Assembly: GCA_964199315.1 (NCBI GenBank)
Contig: OZ116705.1
Span: 30,442,001 to 30,506,000, forward strand
Direction of reading: 5' to 3'
Length of the DNA: 64,000 nt
From: Orbicella franksi
Taxonomy: Eukaryota
In this document: one piece after another, positions 39,101 through 49,957 of the stretch
Layout of the letters: each line of letters opens with the position of its first letter
How positions within the stretch are numbered: position 1 is the first letter of the stretch
The notes under the pieces: generated by a model
The model's database searches: none
Told to the model about the DNA's origin: nothing
The model's input: only the letters and a program-made list of their open reading frames with translations
Position numbers and translations under genes: made by a program

Positions 39101-42072
39101 CAAATTAATATTTAATAGTGAGTCACGTTACACGCCGCAGAAAGTGTAAATATTTTCACAATCAGAGTCCGCCGAGGATATTTTAGTTATTCAAAAAGGG
39201 AACAATACGCTTAAATCCGAAAACTACTAATCAGCTTATTGTTAAGCGGTTTTGATCTTTTGCATTAGGAATATTTGCGTTTGATGAGGAAAAGTAATCT
39301 TTGTAGTTAGTCTCAATTGATAAATTAAAAACGCTGTTTAATTTCAACAATTTTCAACATAGTGACATTAAACTCACGTTTTTCGATTGCATTGAAACAG
39401 TTTTCTGTTCAAGCTTAGCCTTATGTTGCTCGGTAACTTTATTTAAATTACAAGGCAATTGTTCTACTTGAGGCAACTTCTCTTCAAGAGAGGCGGCTTT
39501 TTAGTGTTTTTCTTCAGTTATTGAGGAATATTCCGTATTTAGATATTTATCCTCTGATGCTATTTGTTTCGAATACTTTCTGCTGAGCAATCACGCTATA
39601 TTTTAATGGTCAGCGTTTGCACAAGTCACGTTTTAAAAGGACAGATGATCGACAATTTTCAGCAAAGAAAATTGATTGCCTGACTCGTGATTTCCACGTT
39701 AAATTTCGCGCGAGAAACCGATATCGCACAAATCGCGAAGTGAAGCGAGCTCGAGAAAGCGAAGCGAGAAAACGTTGACTGATATTCAACAACGTCCGGC
39801 AAACAGTTTTAAGTAAGAAATATTTTTACACTGAAATTAAAATTTCAATACCAGCTAAATTTTCAGCGTTCAAGTTCTTCGAAAGAACAACGAGTACTAG
39901 GCAAGATGTATTTCTCGCAGCAGAAAAGCTTTCTGAGAACTGCCGTTGTGCCATATTGCAAGTTAATAGATATATTTAGTGGGGAGTTGTTAAACAATGC
40001 CCGGCCAGTAAACAGTCAACTGAGAGCTCTCGCTGTAAATCACAAGTGATTGTTGCGTTGACTGCTGGTGGCGAAGCAGGCCCGCTGTTGACATCGCAAT
40101 TTGTCGTAAACCTTGGGTGGAGCCGGAGCCGCTTCTAGTGTACGCAGTAGCGCTAAATGCAAACCCAGCCACCTTGTTTGACATACTTCGTCGTTTTTCA
40201 AGAGGCTGTAACTTAAAATTGAATCTATGTTAGCTTGACCTGTCAGCTCCGAGATTTTAAGCGGAAGAAAGCCGTCGCGTAGGCTTTTAATATGACTGCA
40301 GTTTTACGGTCGCCAGAGTTTGTGAATTTGCCATCCAAGGACGCGGTTGAGGCGATGGCCTTCGTCTAGTTTGCAAGTGTATTTCAGCCGAGAGGTGACA
40401 TCTTATACAAGATACTTGGTGATGGTTTCTTAACTGAAACATTGTGACCCTTATGGGATGGCCTACATACTCAAAATGAATACTGTACTGTAGCTGTGCT
40501 TTTCTTAGTAGTTGGTGAGGTAATGTTCGCCTTGAAAGCTGCCATTTCGTCTTCTACGCATGTCCAATTGGCACTGGAGCTTCCTCGGCTGCCAAACTTT
40601 GCCTTGCGGATTTCCTTCGTTTCCTTCGGCCGTTTTCTTGTCCAAGCCGTTATGATTTTGTCGTTTTCTGGTACTCGGAATCGTAAGCGATTTCTTATGT
40701 CTCTCTAAAAAGTTGTACTTCAGTTCAAAGCATGGAGAAACTTCACTTTCACTTTGAAAAAGACTTGTGCTTGTTTTTAGCTCCGTAGATTGCGGCAATG
40801 ATTTTGCAACATGATTAAAAGGTCACTTTCGTTTTTTTTTGTCGCATCGGTGAACGATCACGCAAACTCTCGTTTTTAGAGTCGTAATTTCACGCTAAAT
40901 ACCTCGCCTTGGTAGCCAAGACCGGCGCTTTTGATGCTGTAAACAACCTCGTTACATAAAGTAAAGCTCTCTTCGCACTAATTCCTTTCAAAAATATTAG
41001 CAACTTTTTGACAAATTCTGCACACAAAAAAGACTGGCAAACCGTTTTAGGCAGTTTCTGCCAATATTTGGCAGCTTTTTGGCATTTGTTTGTTTGTCTT
41101 TTTTGCATTTTTTAAGGAATTTCTGAGTGTATGGCCAGGTTTAATTCTTTGATCGACAATTTCTACACACTGTTTCTTCATCTTTTGTCATACTGACTAG
41201 ATTAATTCGTATACTGCAATCATCATTTTTTAGGGTTAACTGACGATATTCATATTTTGTATTTTGTATTTTTTCTTTCTAACATTCACATCCAAAGTCA
41301 GGGCTCCCTATTTCATGAACTTTTTATATATCTCTTTACTTTCTAAACCACTTAACAAAACAAATTCTAACCTGCTGGAAATCGATCCTCTTGCATTCCG
41401 TTCCAGTTGTCCAAGAGTTTAAGGATGTGGTGCCAGTTTGAGATCCATTAGGTTTCGTTTCAAACGCAAGATAGTTTACCTCAATGGACTTGTTTGAACC
41501 GATGGCAAATTCTAGAACACAGACTGTAAATTCACTCGCTTTAACTTCTTCTACCCAGACTGCAGCGCCGTTCCGAGGGGTTTGGCTCTTCACGGTATGG
41601 CCAACTGAGGCGAGAACCGTTACTTGCTGTCCGCCGTAAAATGGCGTTTGGAAGTAAATCTTCTTACAACCGAACAGCCCTGGTGAGCTTGTTGTTACGT
41701 TTTCTTTTCCGGCCTTGAATCCGAGTGCTGTAAAGGAGTAAATAAAACTTTTTTCTTCAAAATGATCGCACTTACAAAGTTTTAACTGAATGCACAACCG
41801 ATATCCTAGGAATGGACATGTTGATTGCTTTAGTAAGAGATTAAATTCTCAATTTCCTTGATCTGTGCGCCCCTCCCCCATCTTTCAGTTCGCTTCTTCT
41901 CTGATCAAAAACACATAAAAACGCCTGAGCTTGCCGTGAGAAGTTGAATTAAGGTTTACATTCAGAGAATGCAACTGAGAGTAGATACCATACCTTCAGT
42001 GGCTGGAGCACCCAGGCAAACCAACAAAACAATGAGAAAGAAGTGCATCGCGTATTGGTGCTCAGACGACAT
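28728..42072 (-). CDS. Predicted secreted multidomain protein, 18 exons, 1116 aa: signal peptide, 3x H-type-lectin-like, follistatin/Kazal, 3x H-type-lectin-like, C-type lectin, 3x cbEGF, TLDc
   Basis: Exons: 41994-42072, 41372-41727, 38748-38912, 38065-38175, 37419-37544, 36630-36726, 36196-36414, 35691-36067, 35247-35414, 34885-34995, 34570-34686, 34015-34105, 33324-33698, 32993-33115, 32459-32581, 31011-31145, 29869-30102, 28728-29071. All GT-AG, phase-compatible, 3351 nt, no internal stop. N-terminus [27 protein letters not shown] is signal-peptide-like. Confidence 0.85.
31011..33115 (-). other. Three calcium-binding EGF exons (phase 1-1)
   Basis: DLEEC/DIDEC starts, six Cys each, and the NTxGSYxC hydroxylation consensus. 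Confidence 0.92.
31789..32080 (+). mobile_element. tRNA-derived SINE, full-length diverged copy
   Basis: Colinear with 37082-37383 in the opposite orientation. Confidence 0.8.
33324..33698 (-). other. C-type lectin domain exon
   Basis: [44 protein letters not shown]. Confidence 0.92.
36196..36414 (-). other. Follistatin-like/Kazal module exon
   Basis: DPCIDVTC...[22 protein letters not shown]...HPGSC. Confidence 0.88.
37082..37383 (-). mobile_element. tRNA-derived SINE, near-intact, with a CORE-like segment
   Basis: Minus strand: A-box-like TGGCCTCATGG, B-box GGTTCGAGCCC, CORE-like TTCTTGGGCAAGACACTT and an (ACCTTTT)n tail. Five copies occur in the window. Confidence 0.85.
39990..40710 (-). 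mobile_element. Decayed, internally deleted Crypton-like tyrosine-recombinase transposon in intron 2 of the lectin-TLDc gene
   Basis: Frameshifted peptides [22 protein letters not shown] (N-terminal part) and [22 protein letters not shown] / [26 protein letters not shown] / [10 protein letters not shown] resemble the YR catalytic end FTNHSxRKT...TGHxNxxSxxxY. Confidence 0.6.
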
Positions 42073-42875
42073 CTTGCTCCGACTGAAAGGGAATTTCACC
42101 CCGTTGATGCATATTATAATGCTCCCAAGGGCAATGCGTGACTGGTATGTACCTGTTTGGACATGTCGAATTATAGGATATCACCAAATTGAAAACAGCT
42201 TGTTCACAAAAATGAGTTATCTTGGGGGTGACACATATAAGTGACGAGGTGGAGGATGTCAGGCAGAAGGAAAATGACCAGTGTAAAAAAAATATGGAGG
42301 ATTCCTTAGAAATCGACGATAGTTCTCCTATCCGAGGAGCGTATTTTATTTCCATCAATTTGCAATACAAGTATTGTTTTAGATAACACTGAACTGATCA
42401 TTATCGCTGTTGCTTTGTGAATGAAAACTACCGACCCCACCCCATGTCATCTCTCCCCAGTCCCCCGAGTGCCCCCGTATCCTCCACAAGAAACCAAAAT
42501 TAAGTTAATCAAATTTTCCAGTTTGAACTTTACACATTTCAATTCTGATCGATTAATGTTCGGTTTTCGCTTTTCTAATTTATGCTTTGTAGCGAATTTT
42601 CAGTTCATTTCAATTTTGAATTGTTCTCATGCCAGTTTAACTTCAACCCAGTTATAGAGTAGATTTTTGTCGTATTTTACCTTATCTTTTTAAAGAGGAA
42701 AACTCGTAAAGTGACTAGAGATTTGAAAGCTTCGTAGGCGTTCTCTTCCATCATTTTCTTGTATAGATGATATAATCACCTGAAAAGGGTCGCAAGTTAT
42801 TTCCGTCAGAGTCGCTCATTTATTTTGTTGTGTTAAGACTTGCTTGTTGTTCTTCCTGATCTTAGACCTTCTTAA

Positions 42876-45029
42876 AGTGCACCTAACCCCCAAAATTTTT
42901 TTCGCTAAAACGAATCTACTTGTTATTTGAAATAGTTCAAATTTTTGGATTCCGTTAAATCTTCGATTTTCTGTGCCCCGACGAAATCTCGAAAATAGCT
43001 CCAAAACACCGCCATTTTGTTCACGACCGAGTTTGAGGAGAATGGGTCCAGCGGCTCTTGTGACGTCTACCCAGGAAGGTTGGATATCTCACGTCCTCTC
43101 ATTTCCTTTAGGACGGTGCAATACACATTCGAAAAGTGCGCAGAAATGCCTTCCAGAAGTGCTATCGACTGCTGCAGCAATATCCTAGATCCAAAAAAAG
43201 ATATACTGTACAATTTACTGACGATGATCGGCTAATGGTGCAATAAAGACTTAAACGATGGTTGATTTTGTCGAACCGAAACAAGCGAACTGAATCTGTG
43301 AGAACCATTGAAGAACTGTCACGGGACCTTGTTCCGCAGACTTTCCAGGGGCACCCAACGACCGTTTTCTCTCGAATGCTTTTAAAAGCTGTTTTAGGCT
43401 ATGTGGAGTACTTTTAAAGCTCTGTAGGTTAATTTTAGGTTGCGCTAAAAAAAATTTATCTGTTCGGTTATTCTAGGGGAACTTGAGTATTCTCGAATTT
43501 ATTAGGGCTTTTTTGTCCATTTCCCGAAAACCTTAGGTCTTATCGCCTTTCCGAAAATGATAGCTGACCTTTTTTCGGTACCCAAAACGACATTTTTTAC
43601 AATTCGAAAACAACAGACATTAAATTTCTCATATCACGAAAGTTCGAGGTGACAATTCTCTTAAGAAAATCAGAGGGGATTAAAGGTCTTCCGAACAGAT
43701 AATTTACCGAAACGATCCGTTGGGTGCCCCTGACTTTCGAACGCTATTTTCATAAATTTTCTGCTTAAAGCTAACCAGCAATTTGTAGAAATACTACCGA
43801 CAACCTATATCTTCCAATCCCGCAGTATTTATAACATAACCGGCAAAGTTGTGTGATCCGATCATGATCAAGAAGCGTTATATTGATATGTAAATAGATC
43901 GCAACTGTACGCCGCTAACCAACACTTATTTCTCTTTCGATTTAGATGAAAATCGAAGATTAATCCTTTAGAATTACATGACAACAAAATTGTTAGACTC
44001 ACAGAGTTTTTCGAAGGTTTAGAAATCAGCAGTGCGACAAAGATTCTGTGCAATAGCGTCGAAAATATGACCGCGTAACATTATCCGCGGACCGCTTAGG
44101 GAACACATCCTTTTCGCTTATCCGACGAATTTCACTGCAAACTTTGAGAACAATTTACATTGGTTATTTGGAGTTACGACTTAAAACGTGTGACAATGTG
44201 AAATCGGTAATTGTATGAAATGTTTCCTTCCGCCTTGCTTCCCGCAGCTTCAAAAATACAGGTCCAAACAATACGATTTTCAATCGATCGAAACCAATGT
44301 TTTGGAGGTCATCAAGTCTCGAAAACTGCAACACGTACGTCGCTCTTATAAACATGAAGCATTCAACTGAAAGTAAAACACAAACTGGATTTAACAGAAC
44401 AATCACACCTTGACAAAATACATTCTCGCTAAGGACAAATGTAAACGGGCTATAAACACGCGTGGGAATCTTATGTTTAGTTGACGAAATTACCATCCAA
44501 AGCAATCCTTGAGTTTTCTTTCCTGCGTTTCGTTTGCCTGCCCTTCACTTCGTATCTAGCTTTCCATTCCTAATATACAAGCAGCTCGTCCGCAAAGAAG
44601 TCTTCCCCTTGCTCTCAAAGCACTAAGGAGTGAGTTCACAGTTGTCGAACGTGCTCGATCGAAGTTTATTTCGGAGTCTTCCGAATCGAAACTTAACTCT
44701 GACTCCAGTGACGAAAAAGAAATGATCCTGAGACAAAACTTGGACGTTTTAGTCCCAGAATACATCGGAACGATTAGTTTTGTATTCCATTTTCTCGAGC
44801 AAATACAGAGAGTTGACTGAGGCGCTACTGTGTTTGGTTCCTGGGTAGACGTCATCAGGTACCGCCGCCCCAGTCTCCCTAAAACGCGGTCGTGAAACCT
44901 TCAAGCGCGACTTTGAAAGGGCATAGAAAATCGAGGATTCAACCAAATTCAAAAATGTTTTCGTCCAAATGCTTCAAATCAAGTCTAGATTCGTTTTAGC
45001 GAAAAAAAATTTTGGCGGTTAGGTGCACT
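42876..45029. mobile_element. Non-autonomous Kolobok-like DNA transposon, 2154 bp, TTAA target duplication
   Basis: TTAA|AGTGCACCTAACCCCCAAAATTTTTTTTCGCTAAAACGAATCTA ... TAGATTCGTTTTAGCGAAAAAAAATTTTGGCGGTTAGGTGCACT|TTAA. Weaker inverted similarity extends ~200 bp. A degenerate THAP-like start (MPSRSAIDCCSN) lies at 43146. Confidence 0.8.
43346..43732. mobile_element. Nested MITE with CAGGGGCACCCAACG TIRs and a 6-bp TSD (actttc)
   Basis: actttc|caggggcacccaacg ... cgttgggtgcccctg|actttc. Confidence 0.8.
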
Positions 45030-47475
45030 TTAAGTTCTTCGGTTGTTCTTAATTATTGTTTGAAGACACGCCAGGTCATTACATTAGGAGATGGGTCTGA
45101 ATTGATTGACGTATTTTTTTGGTTAATTTGATCATTTGCCAGTTTGTTCATTGTATACATATATATATATTTTTTTATTTTGACCGAGTCTCGTTTCTTT
45201 TAATTTAGATCGAAGCTAATGGCGGAATTTGCCATTACCTTCCTCTGACGCATTTTGTATTTTGTATTTATTGAAAGCCTTTTGTATAAAATCTAGTTTC
45301 AACTCTGCTAGAAATGTGGACTAACTTGATATATATGTAATCGAACTTTCCGTAAGTGGTGACCCTCAGTGGGGCCACTAAACAATTGAGCTGTGACGAG
45401 GGAGCTTATGCAAGGTTAAAGATTCAGTGTTTGTATGGATCTGAGAAAAAAACCGAGCGTCTACTTACAAGTTGGTATGCAGTGAGATTCGACTCTGATT
45501 AATTGTTGTTATCTTAGCTTATTGTACTTTGGTGATGCACTCTGTACTCGCGTGGACAACTAAACATAATCAGGTGTGTTTTTTGCGGCTAGAGAGGCTT
45601 TGCAGAAGTGTTCGAGGGGAGATTAACTGAATGGTTTTCTATTTCCTTGTTTCTCGGCAGTTGTATAGTTATTTAATTGAAGAATAATTAAATTCATTCT
45701 GTAAGTTCGGGTGGTTTTTGTTTCTTTGTGCACGTGGAAGTTCTTTAAATTTTGCAACAGTAAGGAAGCGTGCCATGAGCGCTCGCCTCTTTAATCTGCT
45801 TTTTTCCCTTTTGTTTTTATGGTAACACATTTTAATCATTCTGTAAAATATTTCCGCAGGAGGGTGATTTTATCTAACCCGTGAAACAACATTTACTGTA
45901 GCAGTAAGTCAAAAAAGTCATAACTAATAAAAGAAAACCATGAAATTTTTATTCAATAGCATCTAATTGTGCAGTAACTATTTCACGGGTTAGGTAAAAT
46001 CACTCTGAGATTGACGCCTTATTGATCCTGAATGCACTTAGAATTATTACGACCGAAAGAATAACAGACACGCTGTGACAGAACAGTCTTTGACCTAAGA
46101 ATGCCCATTTAAGGGCACTTTTCTGAGAAAATATAAAAATAGTAGTCGCAGTTGCAGACAACAGTCTCCTGTGAAGTGATAGAGATACATTTTGGAAGAC
46201 ATTACTGATTTTAAAAGCCGGAAATAGATCATACATTTTCTACGCACAGTGAGAGAAAAGAAAGCACTTTACGCCATCGACTGCATAGCTCAAGGAGTTG
46301 TCGAACTTATGAATACATGTAATTTTTAACTTGATTGAGACCACAAACTGCCAAGGGACTTCCTAGGGACATTTGCTCGTTTGCTCGCTGTAACGTGTGT
46401 TCAGCGATATGATAAAGCTTAGAACTGGACCAGAAGGCTTTTTGTTGTTATATCTCAGCTGAATTTTGAACTGTTACTGAACAGGCAAATCTAGTCTTCG
46501 GACATTTCCGGCTACGGCAGTCAGCTACTAAAAATGTCCTGCAGGAAGAATTTCGAGCAGGCTCAGTTAAATTTCTTTAAGAATTTAGGTAATCCGATCT
46601 ATTGCTCCATCTTTTCTGAATTATCTTTGGCTTCTGTCCAATGAGCGCCCAGTAACCGATTCATGCGCGCGCTCGCGCGCGTTGCTAAAGAGGCGAAATT
46701 TTACTTCCGGCTGCTTACGTCAGCCTGAGCGCGGAAAATAAAAATAACTCAATCAGGGCGCTTATATATATATTTTCCGCCCTGAACTCAATAACTTGTG
46801 AATCCGTTTACATTTTAGATGTATTTTCTTTGTGTTTCACAAGATGCAAATTAAATAACACATTGCAAGCAAAAATAGAACACTAGAAAAACAGAAAGAA
46901 AACAAGTGCAAACGAAGGAGAAAAACTAGCTCCGTGTGGCTCTGTTTGATCTTACCGAAGTGCGCTGGTAGCGTAAGTTGCGCACGCGCTGACAACAACG
47001 TGAAATGACCAAATTCTAGCGGCGTTGTGAAACCGACGAACGTGAACCACGACGGATGAGTCTTAAAATTTATATTTTGAATTTCACGCTGTGTTCCATA
47101 TCCAGTTTCAAGATACTTTTGACAAGAGAAACATGTACAGACTAAATGACTTGAGAGTATCGCGAAATTCGGCTTAGGTAAAATATCTGTAAATTCATTT
47201 TTAATCGACTTTGTACCTATTATCGGCCCTATTATTGGCATTCAATGTCAATGTCAATGTCAGCAGTGAAAAGCTTTTACTTTACCAGGAAAGCTTTTCC
47301 ATTGTTCACTTTATAGACAGTTTCCGTTTGAAACGTCTTAAATTTCTACTGCAGATGTTTTTCTGTTTAGGTTCCAGACCCCCACTGATACAGTATAAAT
47401 AGCTTTCCAAAAATTTTAACGGTGATACTTTTGAAAATGTATGTTGACTAGCATACGAAACGTCAAGTTCATAAA

Positions 47476-47850
47476 ATGCATGTTTTTAAAATATTTATCA
47501 CCGCTGTTTGTTTTACATTTTTAATCAAGCTTCGATGGCTAAAGAGCAAGCTAGAAGCTAATAAGGACTACCATGAGAAGACGTGCCGGCCAGAAGAAGA
47601 CATGTGTATCAGGGTCTGGGAGGATGTAGATAGTCTAGATGAAGAGTGGGTAGGAAAATGGGTGTGCAACATTTGCGGAACCCAAGAGACGTGTGATGAC
47701 GAAAAATCTCATTGCAAAACCCAGAAGAGTAAAAAAGTGCGTAAAGTTGCATGCTGTTACACTGACTTCTGTAACACGGGCTCATCTGTCACCTACAGCG
47801 GTTTCCTGCTGACCGTGAGCTTTGTCCTGGGACTGGCACTACTGAAGTGA
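47476..47850 (+). CDS. Ly6/uPAR (three-finger) GPI-anchored-like protein; terminal exon, 5' structure unresolved
   Basis: ORF has TCRPEEDMC...CCYTDFCN followed by a small-residue linker and a hydrophobic tail (SGFLLTVSFVLGLALLK). The N-terminal CxxC of the fold was not found. Confidence 0.6.
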   Translation: MHVFKIFITAVCFTFLIKLRWLKSKLEANKDYHEKTCRPEEDMCIRVWEDVDSLDEEWVGKWVCNICGTQETCDDEKSHCKTQKSKKVRKVACCYTDFCNTGSSVTYSGFLLTVSFVLGLALLK

Positions 47851-48293
47851 AACGCAAACCAAACCACAGGTCTTTCTTCAGCTAATAGACTATTTTACAG
47901 TTACCTGGTCAAAGACCTGGCCTTTGAATGGCAGCGAGGCTGCAGGTGACCCTATTTAGATAAATACCTTGCTCTTTTTTGGCCTAAATCAAGTCTTTCT
48001 TACGCTAACTGTAGGTAGCATTTGAATGAGAAAAGCAGAGAGGTCTTTATCAATTAAAGCAAGGTCACCTCCAGCCTCGCTTGTATTCACAGGCCAGGTA
48101 ACTAAGCACACAACTGTAGTCCTTCCTCAGTGCTAAGTTGAGTTTTGTCATTAAGTTTGATTCACCTGTAACTTTGATCTTCATACCTGTAACAAACTTC
48201 TTACTTTATGACTGAATTGTATCAATTACAAATAAGTTCACTCATAACATCAAGGGCCCATCAAACATACTCAGCCGTAACAGGTGCTACGGC

Positions 48294-49957
48294 TTACAGC
48301 CCTTGTTGCCAGTCCTGTACAATCACATCTTGTATCCAGGGTGCAACCATTTCAGCGACTTCCTCTGAAGATTACAAAACAAATGCATGTTTCAACTTCC
48401 TTTCAAAAAGACAGATCTCCCCTTCAGGAAACTTCTTTTTCATGTCTTCATAATAGGAGACTGGTGCCCAATGGTCAGTCGCTCCATAGTAAAATATCAA
48501 CTTCTTCAAATTTTGTTCAATCACCTGAGAAAGAAAATTGATAATGTCAGTGCAGAAACAATAGTGTCCATTATTAGTTATTTGCTTCAAGGACTGTATG
48601 GCATCCTAGAGCATTTCTGACCATTCAGATGAGAACTAAGCACTGTGCTGTTCAAGGTGGTTCTACCTTTTAAATCTATGGATGAAACTCTGGTGTATGA
48701 CCATTTAAAGTAAAGCTATTGAGCAGTACTTTCATATGGTACCGTTTATTATGCTGTACAAGGTGGTTCTAACTTTTAATTCTATGGATGAACCCTTAGT
48801 GTGTGACCTTTCAAATGAAAGCTATTGAGCAGTACTTTCATGTGGTGCTGTTTATTATGCTGAACAAGGTGGTTCTAACATTTAAGTCTGTGGAACACAC
48901 TCTTGTGTGTGACCATTTAAAAGACAGCACTTTCATATAATACTATTTGTGTTATTAATATTTACTTTTGCAAAGTGATATTAAATTTCATTCCTTTTTA
49001 TTTGAAATTTGACACTCCAGGAGTGTGCTGTTTTTAAAGTTCCTCTTAATCAGTGTCAAGTAAATGTGTAGATTCTTTTCAGTCTGTTGTGTCTTTGAAG
49101 TTAGACTTCAATAAAAAATGTGAGGATGAAAACTTAGTGTGTGACCACTTAAATGAAAGCTACAGGGCAGTACAACGTTCTCCTAGTCATGTTACATGTT
49201 CAATACTGAAGACGTCATACGGCTCTTCTTGTTGAATAAGGCTGGTATGAGCAGGCTTTCACCTGCTCTCACTCACTCGCGCTGCAAAAAAAAAAAAAAA
49301 ATACATGCTTTGTATTTAGTCACCCTCCCTGCTCTCTAAGCTTCACTTGTAATCAAATCTAAATACCAACTTCTAAAGTGAAATTTCAAAACTTTGTGAG
49401 TGCAAAACGCAGACTGCAGACCGGGATTATTTTATGGCATACCTCTTCATCTGGGTCAACCACCTCTTTCATCTCATCACGTGCCATTGTCAAACAACCA
49501 TTTACAGACTGTGGAGTAAGAAGCTTGAGCACTGAGTCCACCGAGCTCAGCATTAAATTCTTCTTGTTGCTCAACCACCACTGGACAAGTCCTTTTTTAA
49601 CAAACTCAGGTAAACAAGAAAAAGCAGTGACTGCAGCTATTGCAAACCACTTAAAATATGTCACCATCGGAGTAACATATCTGCCACTGGGCGATATTGC
49701 CATTCTTTTGATGGTCGGAAACAATAGAATACTTTTGGTCACATCTGTAGCTCTATTACAGTTTTTAAGAAGGTGAAGTATTATGTAAGCTCCTATAGAA
49801 TGTCCAATGAGTATTATTTTAGATTGTGATGGAATGTGCTCTTCTAAGAATACCTTCTTGTGCGTGATTTGTTCATCAAGACTGAGTGGAAAGCTGTTTG
49901 ATTCAGTTGCATCAATTGGACTTGGATTCGCTGGATAATCATTTGTTGGGGAATGAC
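48294..49957 (-). pseudogene. LDAH: Lipid droplet-associated hydrolase (LDAH)-like; last two exons, premature stop
   Basis: Exons 49443-49957 and 48294-48524 encode EQITHK, LIGHSIGAY (GxSxG), LLFPTIKRMAISPSG, KLIFYYGATDHW and HAFVL. TAA at 48372-48374 is followed by 25 more in-frame codons. Upstream exons (PGNPG motif) were not found. Confidence 0.7.
48620..48930 (+). repeat. ~106-bp tandem repeat array in the LDAH intron
   Basis: About three units, e.g. tgacc at ~48698 and ~48804. Confidence 0.8.

Noticed and set aside
45357-45365. TGGTGACCC resembling a tRNA-Trp primer-binding site
   Set aside because: Only 9 nt, with no TG...CA LTR pair or gag/pol remnants.
48620-48930. Repeat arrays as CRISPR
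   Set aside because: Units are contiguous, degenerate and ~106 bp with no unique spacers. The context is eukaryotic and there are no cas genes.
21619-49957. Rab32/38, lectin-TLDc, Ly6-like and LDAH as a functional phagosome or symbiosome cluster
   Set aside because: Thematically tempting, but adjacency in an animal genome is weak evidence and no shared regulatory element is visible. It would need conserved synteny and co-expression.
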